Source: Phyllobates terribilis | Lineage: Eukaryota | Direction of reading: 5' to 3' | Assembly: GCF_046119375.1 (NCBI RefSeq) | Contig: NW_027362762.1 | Coordinates: 158,782,001-158,846,000, forward strand | Length of the DNA stretch: 64,000 bases | Shown here: positions 24,936-38,243 of the stretch, piece by piece | Layout: the number at the start of each line of letters is the position of its first letter | How positions within the stretch are numbered: position 1 is the first letter of the stretch | The notes under the pieces: generated by a model | Database searches by the model: none | What the model was told of the DNA's origin: nothing | Seen by the model: only the letters and a program-made list of their open reading frames with translations | Program-made: the position numbers and the translations under genes

Positions 24936-26668
24936 TTAAAGCACCTTTACATACATGCCATTAGTGTGGGGTATAAAATCCTGATGACAGGTTCTCTCTA
25001 AAGAAGAAAGCACCACATTATTACAAGATGTATAGATCAAATATAATAAATCATTGCAATATAAGTTGCGGAATATTAAAATGTCAATGTTATATTCAGA
25101 TTGCCTGCTAATTACAACTAGCAAGGCAGTAAGCAATTTCCACACTACACGATTACAGGAAATAAAATATCAAAATATGTTTGGGGACTTTCTTATTTTT
25201 AAGTAAAAAATATCAAAAAATTATAAAGACCATTAAATCTCACCAGAGAGAGGTCAAAGAACGTGTATTCTACCACATTTTGAGTATTTTTTTGCATTTA
25301 TTACTAAGAGATCTATGACATTGCCTGTAATGAGATTTGTGAAGTTTCTTTATTTCTGGGAAGAATAACATAGAAGTCTAACTAATCTGGCACATCAAAG
25401 GCAATAATGTGGAACTGAAAGTAACTGATACAAACTAACAGCACAAAAATCCCATTAAAGTCAATGGTGACATCCAGAGGTGTCAGATGTAGAGAGGGTC
25501 CCTGTGATTCTGTACTATGTCGAACTAGTCACTATGTTCGACAATGTATAGTGCTCTACATTTTTACTTATTAATAAGATAGGTAATAATTACCTGAACA
25601 GTGGGGGTCCAATGGCCAGGACCACCATTGATCTTGAGAAATGGACTCTAAATGGCCAACCTAAATCGATATTCGCACCGCTACTCCATGCATTCTTTAT
25701 GAGAGAGCCAGAAAAGCCTGAGTGCTGTATTTGGCTGTCTCCAGCAGTCCCATAGAGAGTGAATGAAGAGGTTCCACAAATGCCCAATCACTGCTCCATT
25801 TAGACAAGGCGTCTTAGAGCCACTTTCTGGGGATTGATGGGGGTCCCAGTGGTCAAACCTCAAGCAATCAGCTGGTTAATAGTTATCTAAAAATGGGAAT
25901 AAACACTTTTGAAGACGGAAAATACCCTTCGGGGCCTCAAGCAAACAACCAAGTTACGAGTTGTACCTCTAGTGCAGAATAACCTTGTAATTAAAGACGG
26001 GTGTAACCCTTTAAGGTGGCAACATACATTTGATGAATGGAATTCTTTAGGGAAATAGGCTGATTCCAGTGGTGCCTGTCAGAGACCTCTTTCTCTCCCC
26101 CCATTGAGAACACACTCAGCTGAGGGTACAGTACATGTGTATGTGAAGTCTTTCTGCTGCCACAACCCACCTGGATCAAGAACTAGTGTGTGCTTACCTC
26201 ACTTCTTTCTAGCCCACGTAAAACATAGAGGTATGATCTTCTGGGTCCTCTTGTTTGCTAATTTAATAGGTAATGGTAGTCTTGTACCTGTTCAGGTTCT
26301 TTTGGGGAACAGATCATCATGAGATATTCTCCAATTACTCCGCCTATACTGTAAGGCTACGTTCAGACAAACATGTTAATTTACAGGCCTGTCATGTCCA
26401 CCAACTTGAAATTAGCACAGCAAGATGTGCAAGACTAGTACACTCTCAGGATTTTTTTTTTTAAATTTCCTTCTAAAATGCTTTGATGAAATAGGATTTA
26501 ACCCCAAGAAGATGAAAAAAGCATTTGAGATCTATTCCAATTTTTTACATAAGTAAATAAAGGACAAGTATCTATGGTATGCTGCTTTTTGTTAAGCCAG
26601 TTTCAAGCATGCATGTTTCAGGGTCTGAGTACAAATTGTTAGGTACGGAGGACTGCAGGTCTCTTGAC

Positions 26669-27004
26669 TAGGGATGAACGGACACTAAATGTTCGGGTTC
26701 GACCGAACTTTAGTCCAAAGTTCAGTTCAAGTACCAGAACTCTACCCGAACTTGAACCCGAACACCGTAGAAGCCAATGGGGACCCAAACTTTGGTGCTG
26801 TAAAAGGGCTGTAAAATGGTTGGAGTAAGGGCTAGTGGGTGGCCAAAGGAAGCAGAGCACCCCATCAGAATCTCTCTCGCTCAGCATCCAAACTCCGAAC
26901 ACTAAAACGGGCTTCCTGGAGCAGCCCGTGCTCAGAGTTCAGCACCGGACACTAGGTGTCCGGTACAAATCCTGAACTTTACAGTTCAGTTTCGCTCATC
27001 TCTA
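26669..27004. mobile_element. hAT MITE
   Basis: TIRs tagggatgaacg / cgctcatctcta; TSD ctcttgac / ctcctgac (7 of 8 match). Confidence 0.85.
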
Positions 27005-27174
27005 CTCCTGACCCAAACTCAATAGACTTAAAAGCTTATACAGTATGAGGCTGTTGATTTCAGGTCATGAGCCTGCTGGTCAGTTCATAGAACGTAAACT
27101 GGACTTAGGTTCTGTTCAGATGATAAACGATAATTTAAAACAATGGGAGGGAAAAATAGAAAAACCTTAAGCTT

Positions 27175-28524
<1,350 letters not shown>

Positions 28525-29723
28525 TAGTCCCCTTTCACCGGACAGAGACCAAAAGAGTCCCTTTGACCTCTTTTGGGGTATACTGTACATCAGTTGTTTT
28601 TTTACTGTACAGAAATGAATAAATAGCACTTTTTTATATAGAGGCATCCACCATATACATTCATTTAGCCTTAATGCCTACATTAATGGCATAATGGTGG
28701 CATATACTGGAACCTTCTGTGGGGATGTAAGAAGGTGTTTATTTTTAGGGAACAATGGTTTACCTTTAGGGTTAGAAAACATCTAAAATGAGGACGATCG
28801 CCTATATAGAAAAAGATAATTGATATACTAGTAAAGTTCTCAATCCATAGTATTTTTTCCTGAATTTACTATAGTAGTTTAGTAATGGAGAAGGTATAAC
28901 AGAACAAGACTCATTAGCTTATGTACTTTTGAGCTAATGTTTTTTTTGTCCAAACTGTAATCCACTTAATATACATAGTGGAAATAGCTGCTCAGAAAAG
29001 GATTAATGAACCAAAGCTGAAAAAACATTTGTTTCCTTCACATTGATCAGACTTCTATTTACACTATATGCATTTTATTAGCAAAAGTACATTAAAAGAT
29101 CATTTACAACAGGATTTCCTCACTAGTAAAATATTTTAAATATCTACAATGTGCTGTAAAGCATTTGGAAGAAATTTTCTAACCAGCCGTAATCAGTTTT
29201 TAGCTGCTTTTATCCATCTATAATTAAAAGTATTCAGTAAGTTAATACATATGTAAATTTACTAAATGTCTAATTGGACAACTTAATAATGATACGATAA
29301 AGAATAATAGGGCTGGCAACAAAAAAGCAGAGCTGCCACCTCGTAGCCAAGCAGCTTGGTCGCTTGCCTTGCAGTCCTTGTTTTGAGTCTGACGATGGCA
29401 GCATCGGTGTAGAATTGGCAGAGGCATAACTATCGTAGGTGCATGGGTTGCAGTCACACCTGGGCCCTGGAGTCTTAAAGGGGCCCAAAAATTTTCTTTG
29501 ACTCATATGAGAACCAATACAATTAAAGAGCCATTATACATTGTGCATTAGGGTCCACAGCTTCATTGCGCCATTCGGAGTTAGTATGATCTCCTTTTGT
29601 CTGAGTTTTTTTCTGGATTCTGTAAGCTCCTACACAAGCATAGGCTTCCGCAATGGAGTGACATAATGCTCAATCAAAAAGTATAGAATAAAACTGAAGG
29701 GAAACAGAGCACACCAGACCTTA

Positions 29724-30698
29724 GGCCTCTTTCACACGTCCGGATATTTCCGGTACTGGAAAAAACAGTATCGGTAATATCCGTTTCCGTGTGTGTGATA
29801 TCTGTGACACATGTGTGGCAACCGCGTGCCGTATCATTATCACATGTACCGGCGCCTGGGAATCAGTGGTACAGTTAGCGCTGTTGCCAAGTACCGGGTG
29901 CTGAACGCTGTCCTCAACATTGTCCCCTGATGGCACTGCGATCAGTGATAACAAGGGACAATGATGAGAGTAGTATTCTGTTACCGCTGTGTCCTGGTGT
30001 AAAAATAAGAATAAAATAAAAAAATCCTTATACTCACCTGTCCTAAGTGTCCCTCACTGTAATCCACCTGACTGCTCATGCTAAAGAGCCGGGGAGAATG
30101 ACTCACTGCAGCGAGCGGGCCTCTGCTTTGTGCTGGGCTCAGCAAGCGGTGTCCTGTCACTTACTGAGTGCAGCTCCGGGACCTGCTCGCTGCAGCGAGT
30201 CATTCTCCCTAGTTCCTCGGCGTGAGTGGTCACGTAGATTACAGCGGGGGACACTTAGGATAGGTGAATATAAGAATTTTTTAAATTTCATTCTTATTTT
30301 TACACCAGGACACAGCTGGCCAGAATACTACTCTCATCATTGTCCCCTGCTAGCGCTGATCGCGGTGCAAGCAGGGGACAATGATGAGAACTGCCTGCAG
30401 CACACGGCGCTTGGGAACAGCGCTAACTATACCGCTGATTCCCAGGCACCAGTATGTGTCACACGGATGACACACAGATGTCATCCGTGGGTCATCAGTG
30501 TCCATTACATTTTGCGGCCCGTGCTGTGAGAAAAAACGGACATGTCAGCGTGTTTTGCCCACGGACACACGGTCCGTGGAAACACACTGACATGTGCACA
30601 GGCCCATTTATTTGAATGGGTCTGTGTGTATCAGTGTCACCAGTACGTGTGGAAACGGACACCACACGTACTGGAATCACGGATGTGTGAAACAAGCC
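29724..30698. mobile_element. PIF/Harbinger-type MITE with internal palindrome
   Basis: TTA TSD on both sides; termini ggcctctttcacacgtcc / ggatgtgtgaaacaagcc. Confidence 0.75.
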
Positions 30699-31201
30699 TT
30701 AGGGTGATACCTTAATAAAAAGATATAATGGATCCAGGTAATGTGCTCCCCAGAGCGATTTGTGTAGGCACAACTCCCATCAAAGCTCAATATCGGTTGC
30801 TCCTGGCCTGTGGCTGGGGAATGAACTTTACCAGGGAGCTCGAAGGAAAAGACAATTCACTGTTTGGGTTGTGCTAACCGATATGTAGATCCTTGATCCA
30901 ATAATATAAAAGAGTATTTTTTATTTCACAACGCATTTCCACAATGGACTGGTGTTTTTCTCAAGTGTAAAAAACAGCTGTACCAAGTACATTTGTTTTT
31001 TTTCACTTAAGGAAAATGTCAGTTCGGCGTGAAACAAGGATCTTCATTTTGGTTAGCACAGCTCAAACCGTGAATTGTTTTTTCATTCAATCAAAGAGCA
31101 AAAGACAGATGTGCAACCATTATGTTGCTATATTTATTGATGATTGGCTGATTTCCAACGAAACTGACCTTAGTATGGATTTTTAAAAAAATAAGAAACA
31201 A

Positions 31202-31366
31202 AGACCGTTTTCACACATCCGACTTGACACTGGTCTCCTGACCTGAACTCAACAACGTCATATCTGCTTGTGAGGCTGAGGCTGATTGCGAGTCTGAAGA
31301 CCCTCGTTCAGTCCAGATATCACGGTCTGCACTTTGACCATGAAAGTCAGATGTGTGAAACCAGAC
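31202..31366. mobile_element. Short Harbinger-type MITE
   Basis: Termini agaccgttttcacacatc / gatgtgtgaaaccagac, followed by TTA. Confidence 0.5.
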
Positions 31367-31369
31367 TTA

Positions 31370-32165
31370 GGCTATGTTCACATGTTGCTTTATTGCTGCA
31401 TTTTTTCTGCAGCTAAAACCTGATGCCTTGGCAGTAAAAAAGCTGCAGACAAAAATGCCGGCTTTTTTGCTGCATTTTTCAGGATCCCAAAGTTCAGCTT
31501 TGCTTCCACCATACAAGCATGAACAATACAAGGTGTTAGGCCACCAATGCAAGATATATGTGAAACTATAAAACATTTTTGGAAAAAAGGGCCATTTGAT
31601 CAAATGATTTAGTGGAAAAAGATTTTTATATCTGAAAAAATAGTGACTATGCTGAACAAAAAAGTTCATATGAGTTTGTGAAAAAATACATAATTGTAAA
31701 TGTAAAAACTGCAGGGGGAGTTGAATTGGTCAGGCATAGTTTACCTAAAAAATTGGCAGTGCATTGAGTTACTCAGGCATTGTTCAATTTTACACAAATT
31801 ACACATTTTATTAAACTGTACTAATACTAACATCCCTGTCATCAGGTGAGGAGACCAAGACATTTTTGCTTGAATTTGGGAAAATCACAAAAATGAAAGG
31901 GTTTCACATCCTGCTTTTTATTTTACTAAAAATGCTGCAAAAACTGATGGCAAAGTTTTTTGCAGCTTCTTTTTACACTTACATGTTGCTTTCTATGGGT
32001 GAAAAAATGCTGCAAAAACGCTGAAAAAAGTGGCATGCTGCAGTTTTCAAAAAAAGCAGTCCTTTTGCAATTCAGTCAGGAAAAAGAAACAAGTGTAGTA
32101 CTGTAAAAAGGAGCTTTTAATTTGCATAAAAAAATGCAGCAAAAATGCAACGTGTGAACATAGCC
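31370..32165. mobile_element. PIF/Harbinger-type MITE
   Basis: TIR ggctatgttcaca / tgtgaacatagcc; flanks tta / ttt. Confidence 0.8.
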
Positions 32166-32168
32166 TTT

Positions 32169-32607
32169 GGACTCCTTCACACGTAAGTTTTTCATATAAG
32201 AGTGTTTTCAGTTTTTTTCATGGCCAGCACTCGTACCTGTGACAGTTTATAAGGTTCTTCATATGTCTGATTTTTTGCCCCTGACCTGAGTGGTCTTTGC
32301 AAAAATGTGGAGACATGTCCAATATTGATCAGAGTGTCGGATCAAAATCAGCAATGCAAGTCTGTTGGTCAGTGAAAAAGTTGGACTGCGCTTGGATGCC
32401 ATCCGTGTGCTGCCTGTTCTTCACTGAATGATAGGTAGGAGAAGGAGGAGAAAGTATTTTTTCTCAGTGAAAACCAAGAGTGGGTGATAAATGCTGAAGT
32501 GGTGACGTGTTTCTATTATACTTTTCCTCTGACTATTCCACTCCTGGCTTTGGCTTATAAATACTGAAGTAAAATACTGACCAAATACTGATCATGTGAA
32601 TGTGGCC
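32169..32607. mobile_element. Harbinger-type MITE
   Basis: Termini ggactccttcacacg / catgtgaatgtggcc, followed by TTA. Confidence 0.55.
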
Positions 32608-33786
32608 TTATGCACACTGCAGAATATGTTGGTGCTATAGAAGCATCGGTGAATCAGTACATAAAATACTTTGTTTATAAGGAATTTGTGGTTCGATGAA
32701 ATTGCAATAAGTTTCTAAATGTCAATTTAAAAAATAACATAAGCTACCGACCGTACATGGCTCTTCATGCTAAGGTGGGACTTTCTCTGAAATTCTAAAA
32801 ATATGGAGTATAAAAGTAAGGAAATGAATGACTCTCTGGTCTTTTGCTTGACATGCCGGCTGTTCAGGATGGAAAATGCTATTCTAAGCAGAACACTTCA
32901 CACAGATTGCAAACGATAATCTGATCTGGAACATCAACATTCTTCATCCATAAAATTGAAGTGTAGCGGAAGCACAACAATCTCACGCTCAGCTGTTCTA
33001 GGTGAAGGAGGTACAGATTAACCTCCATTGGATTTCATACATTCCACTGAGTGACACTATCAATCAGTATGAGGTGTGATTGTGCTACATGTGGCAGGAG
33101 CCAGTCTAAGATCTGTGACAGCTGTGACATTCAAGGGACTGTCTGACCTTGAGAACCCTATTCAGACGGCGCATGTCCTTCTCCAGCTGCTGGATTTCAT
33201 ATGTAGCTTTGATGATAATACTTTTAATTGTAGCCCAGGGAAATGATGTTGATATTATACATTTGCATCTCCTCCAGTTCTTAAGCACCCACAACAGGTC
33301 ATGAGAACTCAGGGTAATCCATAGAGAGAACACCTGTGGCAATAATATGGTCAATACTTATATTAACTGTGCAATACCAAGTCCGCCATCATATCTTCAT
33401 CGCATTTTACATAAATTTTTATCAAAACTGTAGTGGTTCTTCACAAATGCTCAACAAAACTGTACTGTGTGAGCTCATCCTTGAAGGGGTTGTTCGACAG
33501 AAAATATATATATATATATATTTTGAGGCATGTCATGTTTTAAGAAGGGGTTGTTCAGTGGCAAAATATTTTTTTAGACATGAATTAATTAAAAATAATA
33601 AATGGGGGCATATCCTACTTTCCAGCTGGCCACTCAACAGGCCTCCGCAAGCTCTAGAAGAAGTGTCTACTCCAAATAAGAAGTCACAGCACCACCTGTA
33701 ATTGTCTGTGGCGGTTAGCTGACTAGAAGACAAACCCTTAAAGATATTCCTAAAACATAACATATTTGGGGGAACTTGTAGACTAG

Positions 33787-34061
33787 GGGCGCACAGTGGC
33801 TCAGTGGATTGCACTGCAGTCTTGCAGCACTGGGGTCCTGGGCTCAAATCCCACCAAGGACAACATCTGCAAGGAGTTTGTATGTTCTCCCTGTGTTTGT
33901 GTGGGTTTCTTCCAGGTTCTCTGGTTTCCTCCCACATTCCAATGACAAAGTGATAGGGAATCTAGATTATGAGCCCCAATGGTGACAGTGATGATAGTGT
34001 ATGTAAAGCACTGTAGAATATGTTGGTGCTATATAAAAATAAAGATTATTATTATTATTAT
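33787..34061 (+). mobile_element. Full-length tRNA-derived SINE (V-SINE-like) with LINE-like tail
   Basis: A box tggctcagtgg, B box gggctcaaatccc, core gttctccctgtgtttgtgtgggtttc, (ATT)n tail; TSD tagactag at 33779-33786 and 34062-34069. Confidence 0.88.
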
Positions 34062-36579
34062 TAGACTAGAGACACTGACTTAAGGAGTCTTACCATATCT
34101 TCAATTGAGTGACATATTGCTAGAATACACCATCACTTAATGATCGCTGGACGTCAGGCCTCCAGCTCCCACCTATCCTGAAAATCAAGGGGTGGCCCTT
34201 CAGCACTGCTTCCCCTTTACATTTGTTCCTCTGCACAGGGGCACTTTTGCCCATCCTCTGTAGCCCACTCTGTTCAAGTCAATGGGGCTGACTATAGTTC
34301 CCTGCAGAGCTGGGTGGCCAAGAAGGCTCCTTTATACTCAGGAGAGCTGAGGGTCCCTGATGTGAGACCCCTAAAGATCATTAAGTCATTGCATATTATA
34401 TGCCATCACTTACGAAGATGAAAATACTATTTTTAAAATGTAAATTAGCTCTCCTCCAAAAGGAAGAAAATGTAGCAATGGGGGGAGGAGAAATGTATCA
34501 AGACGGGTGTTTCATAGACCAGTCGTGAACCTAGAGCCTTCTGCAGTAAGGAGCGTCACATTTATTAAGAGGTGCACCCTAATTAATAAATTTGGGATAT
34601 CTTTCGAGCACCAGAATATGAAATCAATGCCAGCCACCAGCTATCATACATTCCAACTACGATCTACAATATATGCCAGTTTTCTGACATATACAATAGT
34701 TAATTTGTCAATCTGCTCTAGGCCATGTTGGTTTTTTCCAAGACCAGCTCATTGTTTTGAAAACCACTTGCAACAAATTTGGTGACTTATTTGCTGCTAG
34801 AAAACCAGTGTTGTGGGGATGATAAATTTCCCTCATTACAGGTTTGCTACCTTCAATCCCCAATAGATGGCATTAGAGAGACAGTCTTCGCCCTCCTGGA
34901 GGAGAACTATTTTACATACCCTTCTCCCATTCAACATTGGGTGTAAAGTGCCATAATCCATCCCACATAAAAACACTCCATTATCCAGCGGCAGTGAAAC
35001 AATATTGGTAAGGTGATCGTACCTACAACAAGATAGACTAATGACAACACGGGAAATGGATCATTCCTACTATAAAATGATATAATTATGAATGTATGGC
35101 CATGAAGCAGCTGTGTATCATATTATCCCTAATATCGAGATCTGCTGCCGAAAAAGATCCTGGTATCATTGAGATGTGCGACATTTTGCTGTTTTCTTTA
35201 TCATTTCCCAGTAATAACGACGAGAAACAGGATTGTGGCCAAGTCTGTGCCTCCTTGTGCTTTGTGATAAATAACATATTATCAATATTACCATTTATTG
35301 TAGTGTTAAATTGTTGCCAACATTTTAGGGGTCAAGGAAATATAAATAAAACAAAGGACAGCGGGATTTCAGAGGTGGAAATTGAGGAGCTTTGTGAAGC
35401 AGCTGCACCTAAAGACGGAAGCCCTTCTTATAGAGTTAGGGGCATCCGGCCTGACCAATCTGAACCAGAAAAGTCAGAATGACCCCCAAGGTTGTTCATT
35501 GCCAGTACTGAAGATCTGGACTGGTGGAAAGCAGAAATCTGCAGGATAGGCCATCACTATCAGATCAGTGGGGGGCTGATACCCGGTACCCCAATAGTCA
35601 GCTGAAGTGCATCCTGATATAAGATGTACAGGGCAGAATGCAGAAACCTTGCACATTGCTTGGTGACAACAGCAAAGTACAGCAGTGTATCTCCCATTAA
35701 TGTGATAGGACCTACAGTACTGGGTAGCGGCCACTAACCTATGTATGGCGCTGTAGTGTACCGCCCTGTACACTGCTTATATGCCAGTGATTTCAGCTGA
35801 TTGGTTGGGATACCGGGTGTCAGAGCCCCACTGACCTGATACTGATGATCTATCGTACAGATAAGTCAAGATTTGTTAAGTCCCAGACAACAGTTTCACC
35901 TAGATGTCATTGTTTATAGATTTTTACAAGATGTTTTGATGGAGCATGGTCTCCCCCATTGAAGTCAAGGTAGAAAAAGAACACATTATCACCCCAACTT
36001 GCCTCAAAAGCTGCACAATTAATTGCTGCAGTGTGTATATTGGGTTTAGAAAAAAAATCCATGATCATAACCAAGGTCATAAGAACTTTGTCCTGGATTT
36101 GATGTAGATAGATAATCATAGCAAAAAAGGCAACTGGATTTTACACCTTCTTACATAGTGTTTTTTGTTCTTTTTTTTACTTATAAATAACAACATGATT
36201 TTTCATTTTTACAAATGTTTTTTTCGGCAGCTTTTTTTTGTTCAAACTTTTTTTTTACATTTGTTTATTAATTTCTATAGAGAAGCTTATGGAAAAAGTG
36301 CATGAAAAAAATACAAGATCATGATTTATTTATTTTTTTTTAAAAAAGCACCCTTTATCCCCCAAAAAACACACAAGAGTGTGATTAAACCACACAAAAA
36401 AAAGCTTGTATTATGTTATATATTTCTCTGGTGGCTTACAGGTACTATATTGGATCGCAGAAATTTGCCGGAAAAAAAGCTGGAAAAATGGTGAGAAAAT
36501 ATGCAGCGTTTTTGTTAATGAGCAGTTTGACCAAACCAGTATATATATATATGTATATATATATTATTTTTTATATATA

Positions 36580-38201
36580 CAATACAGACCAAAAGTTTGG
36601 ACACACCTTCTCATTTAAAGATTTTTCTGTATTTTAATGACTATGAAAATTGTACATTCACACTGAAGGCATCAAAACTATGAATTAACACATGTGGAAT
36701 TATATGCTTAACAAAAAAGTGTGAAACAACTGAAAATATGTCATATTCTAGGTTCTTCAAAGTAGCCACCTTTTGCTTTGATGACTGCTTTGCACACTCT
36801 TGGCATTCTCTTGATGAGCTTCAAGAGGTAGTCACCGGAATTATTCTTCCAACAATCTTGAAGGAGTTCCCAGAGATGCTTAGCACTTGTTGGCCCTTTT
36901 GCCTTCACTCTGCGGTCCAGCTCACCCAAACCATCTTGATTTGGCTCAGGTCTGGTGACTGTGGAGGCCAGGTCATCTGGCGTAGTACCCCCATCACTCT
37001 CCCTCTTGGTCAAATAGCCCTTACACAGCCTGGAGGTGTGTTTGGGGTCATTGTCCTGTTGAAAAATAAATGATGGTCCAACTAAACTCAAACCGGATGG
37101 AATAGCATGCCGCTGCAAGATGCTGTGGTAGCCATGCTGGTTCAGTATGCCTTCAATTTTGAATAAATCCCCAACAGTGTCACCTGCAAAGCACCCCCAC
37201 CCCATCACACCTCCTCCTCCATGCTTCACGGTGGGAACCAGGCATGTAGAGTTCATCCGTTCACCTTTTTTGCGTCGCACAAAGACACGGTGGTTGGAAC
37301 CAAAGATCTCAAATTTGGACTCATCAGACCAAAGCACAGATTTACACTGGTCTAATGTCCATTCCTTGTGTTCTTTAGCCCAAACAAGTCTCTTCTGCTT
37401 GTTGCCTGTCCTTAGCTGTGGTTTCCTGGCAGCTATTTTACCATAAAGGCCTGCTGCACAAAGTCTCCTCTTAACAGTTGTTGAAGAGATGTGTCTGCTG
37501 CTAGAACTCTGTGTGGCATTGACCTGGTCTCTATTCTGAGACGCTGTTAACCTGCGATTTTTGAGGCTGGTGACTCGGATAAACTTATCCTCAGAAGCAG
37601 AGGTGACTCTTGGTCTTCCTTTCCTGGGGTGGTCCTCATATGAGCTAGTTTCTTTGTAGCGCTTGATGGTTTTTGCAACTGCACTTGGGGACACTTTCAA
37701 AGTTTGCCCAATTTTTCGCACTGACTGACCTTCATTTCTTAAAGTAATGATGGCCACTCGTTTTTCTTTACTTAGCTGCTTTTTTCTTGCCGTAATACAA
37801 ATTCAAACAGTATATTCAGTAGGACTATCAGCTGTGTATCCACCAGACTTCTGCACAACACAACTGATGGTCCCAACCCCATTTATAAGGCAAGAAATCC
37901 CACTTACTAAACCTGACAGGGCACACCTGTGAAGTGAAAACCATTTCTGGTGACTACCTCTTGAAGCTCATCAAGAGAATGCCAAGAGTGTGCAAAGCAG
38001 TCATTAAAGCAAAAGGTGGCTACTTTGAAGAACCTAGAATTTAAGACATATTTTCAGTTGTTTCACACTTTTTTGTTAAGTATATAATTCCACATGTGTT
38101 AATTTATAGTTTTGATGCCTTCAGTGTGAATGTACAATTTTCATAGTCATGAAAATACAGAAAAAAATTTAAATTAGAAGGTGTGTCCAAACTTTTGGCC
38201 T

Positions 38202-38206
<5 letters not shown>
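36580..38206 (-). mobile_element. Second copy of the DD38E long-TIR transposon family
   Basis: Collinear with 6392-8020; TIRs caatacagaccaaaagtttggacac / gtgtccaaacttttggcctgtact. Confidence 0.95.
36741..37793 (-). pseudogene. DD38E-family transposase: start codon mutated to ACG, catalytic Glu lost by compensating frameshifts
   Basis: ACG at 37791-37793 where the sister copy has ATG; [22 protein letters not shown] replaced by GTTPDDLASTVTRPEPNQDGL. Confidence 0.88.

Positions 38207-38241
<35 letters not shown>
38206..38241. repeat. (TA)n microsatellite
   Basis: ~18 TA units directly after the TIR. Confidence 0.95.

Positions 38242-38243
<2 letters not shown>

Noticed and set aside
26205-26352. 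Minus-strand AG...GTAAGC exon-like segment
   Set aside because: Stops in all three frames.
33106-33354. 82-aa ORF faintly like a Tc1 N-terminus (FPWATIKSII)
   Set aside because: Too degenerate, and no TIRs to support a call.
33787-33860. tRNA gene
   Set aside because: The A and B boxes are the head of a SINE; no CCA or acceptor stem, and the sequence continues into the SINE core and tail.
34842-34945. Candidate exon after a good acceptor (tttccctcattacag), reading VCYLQSPIDGIRETVFALLEENYF
   Set aside because: All frames hit stops before a convincing donor, and the peptide is not recognised.
35096-35482. 128-aa ORF as a host gene
   Set aside because: No recognisable domain and no supporting neighbouring exons; kept only as a weak conserved-element candidate.
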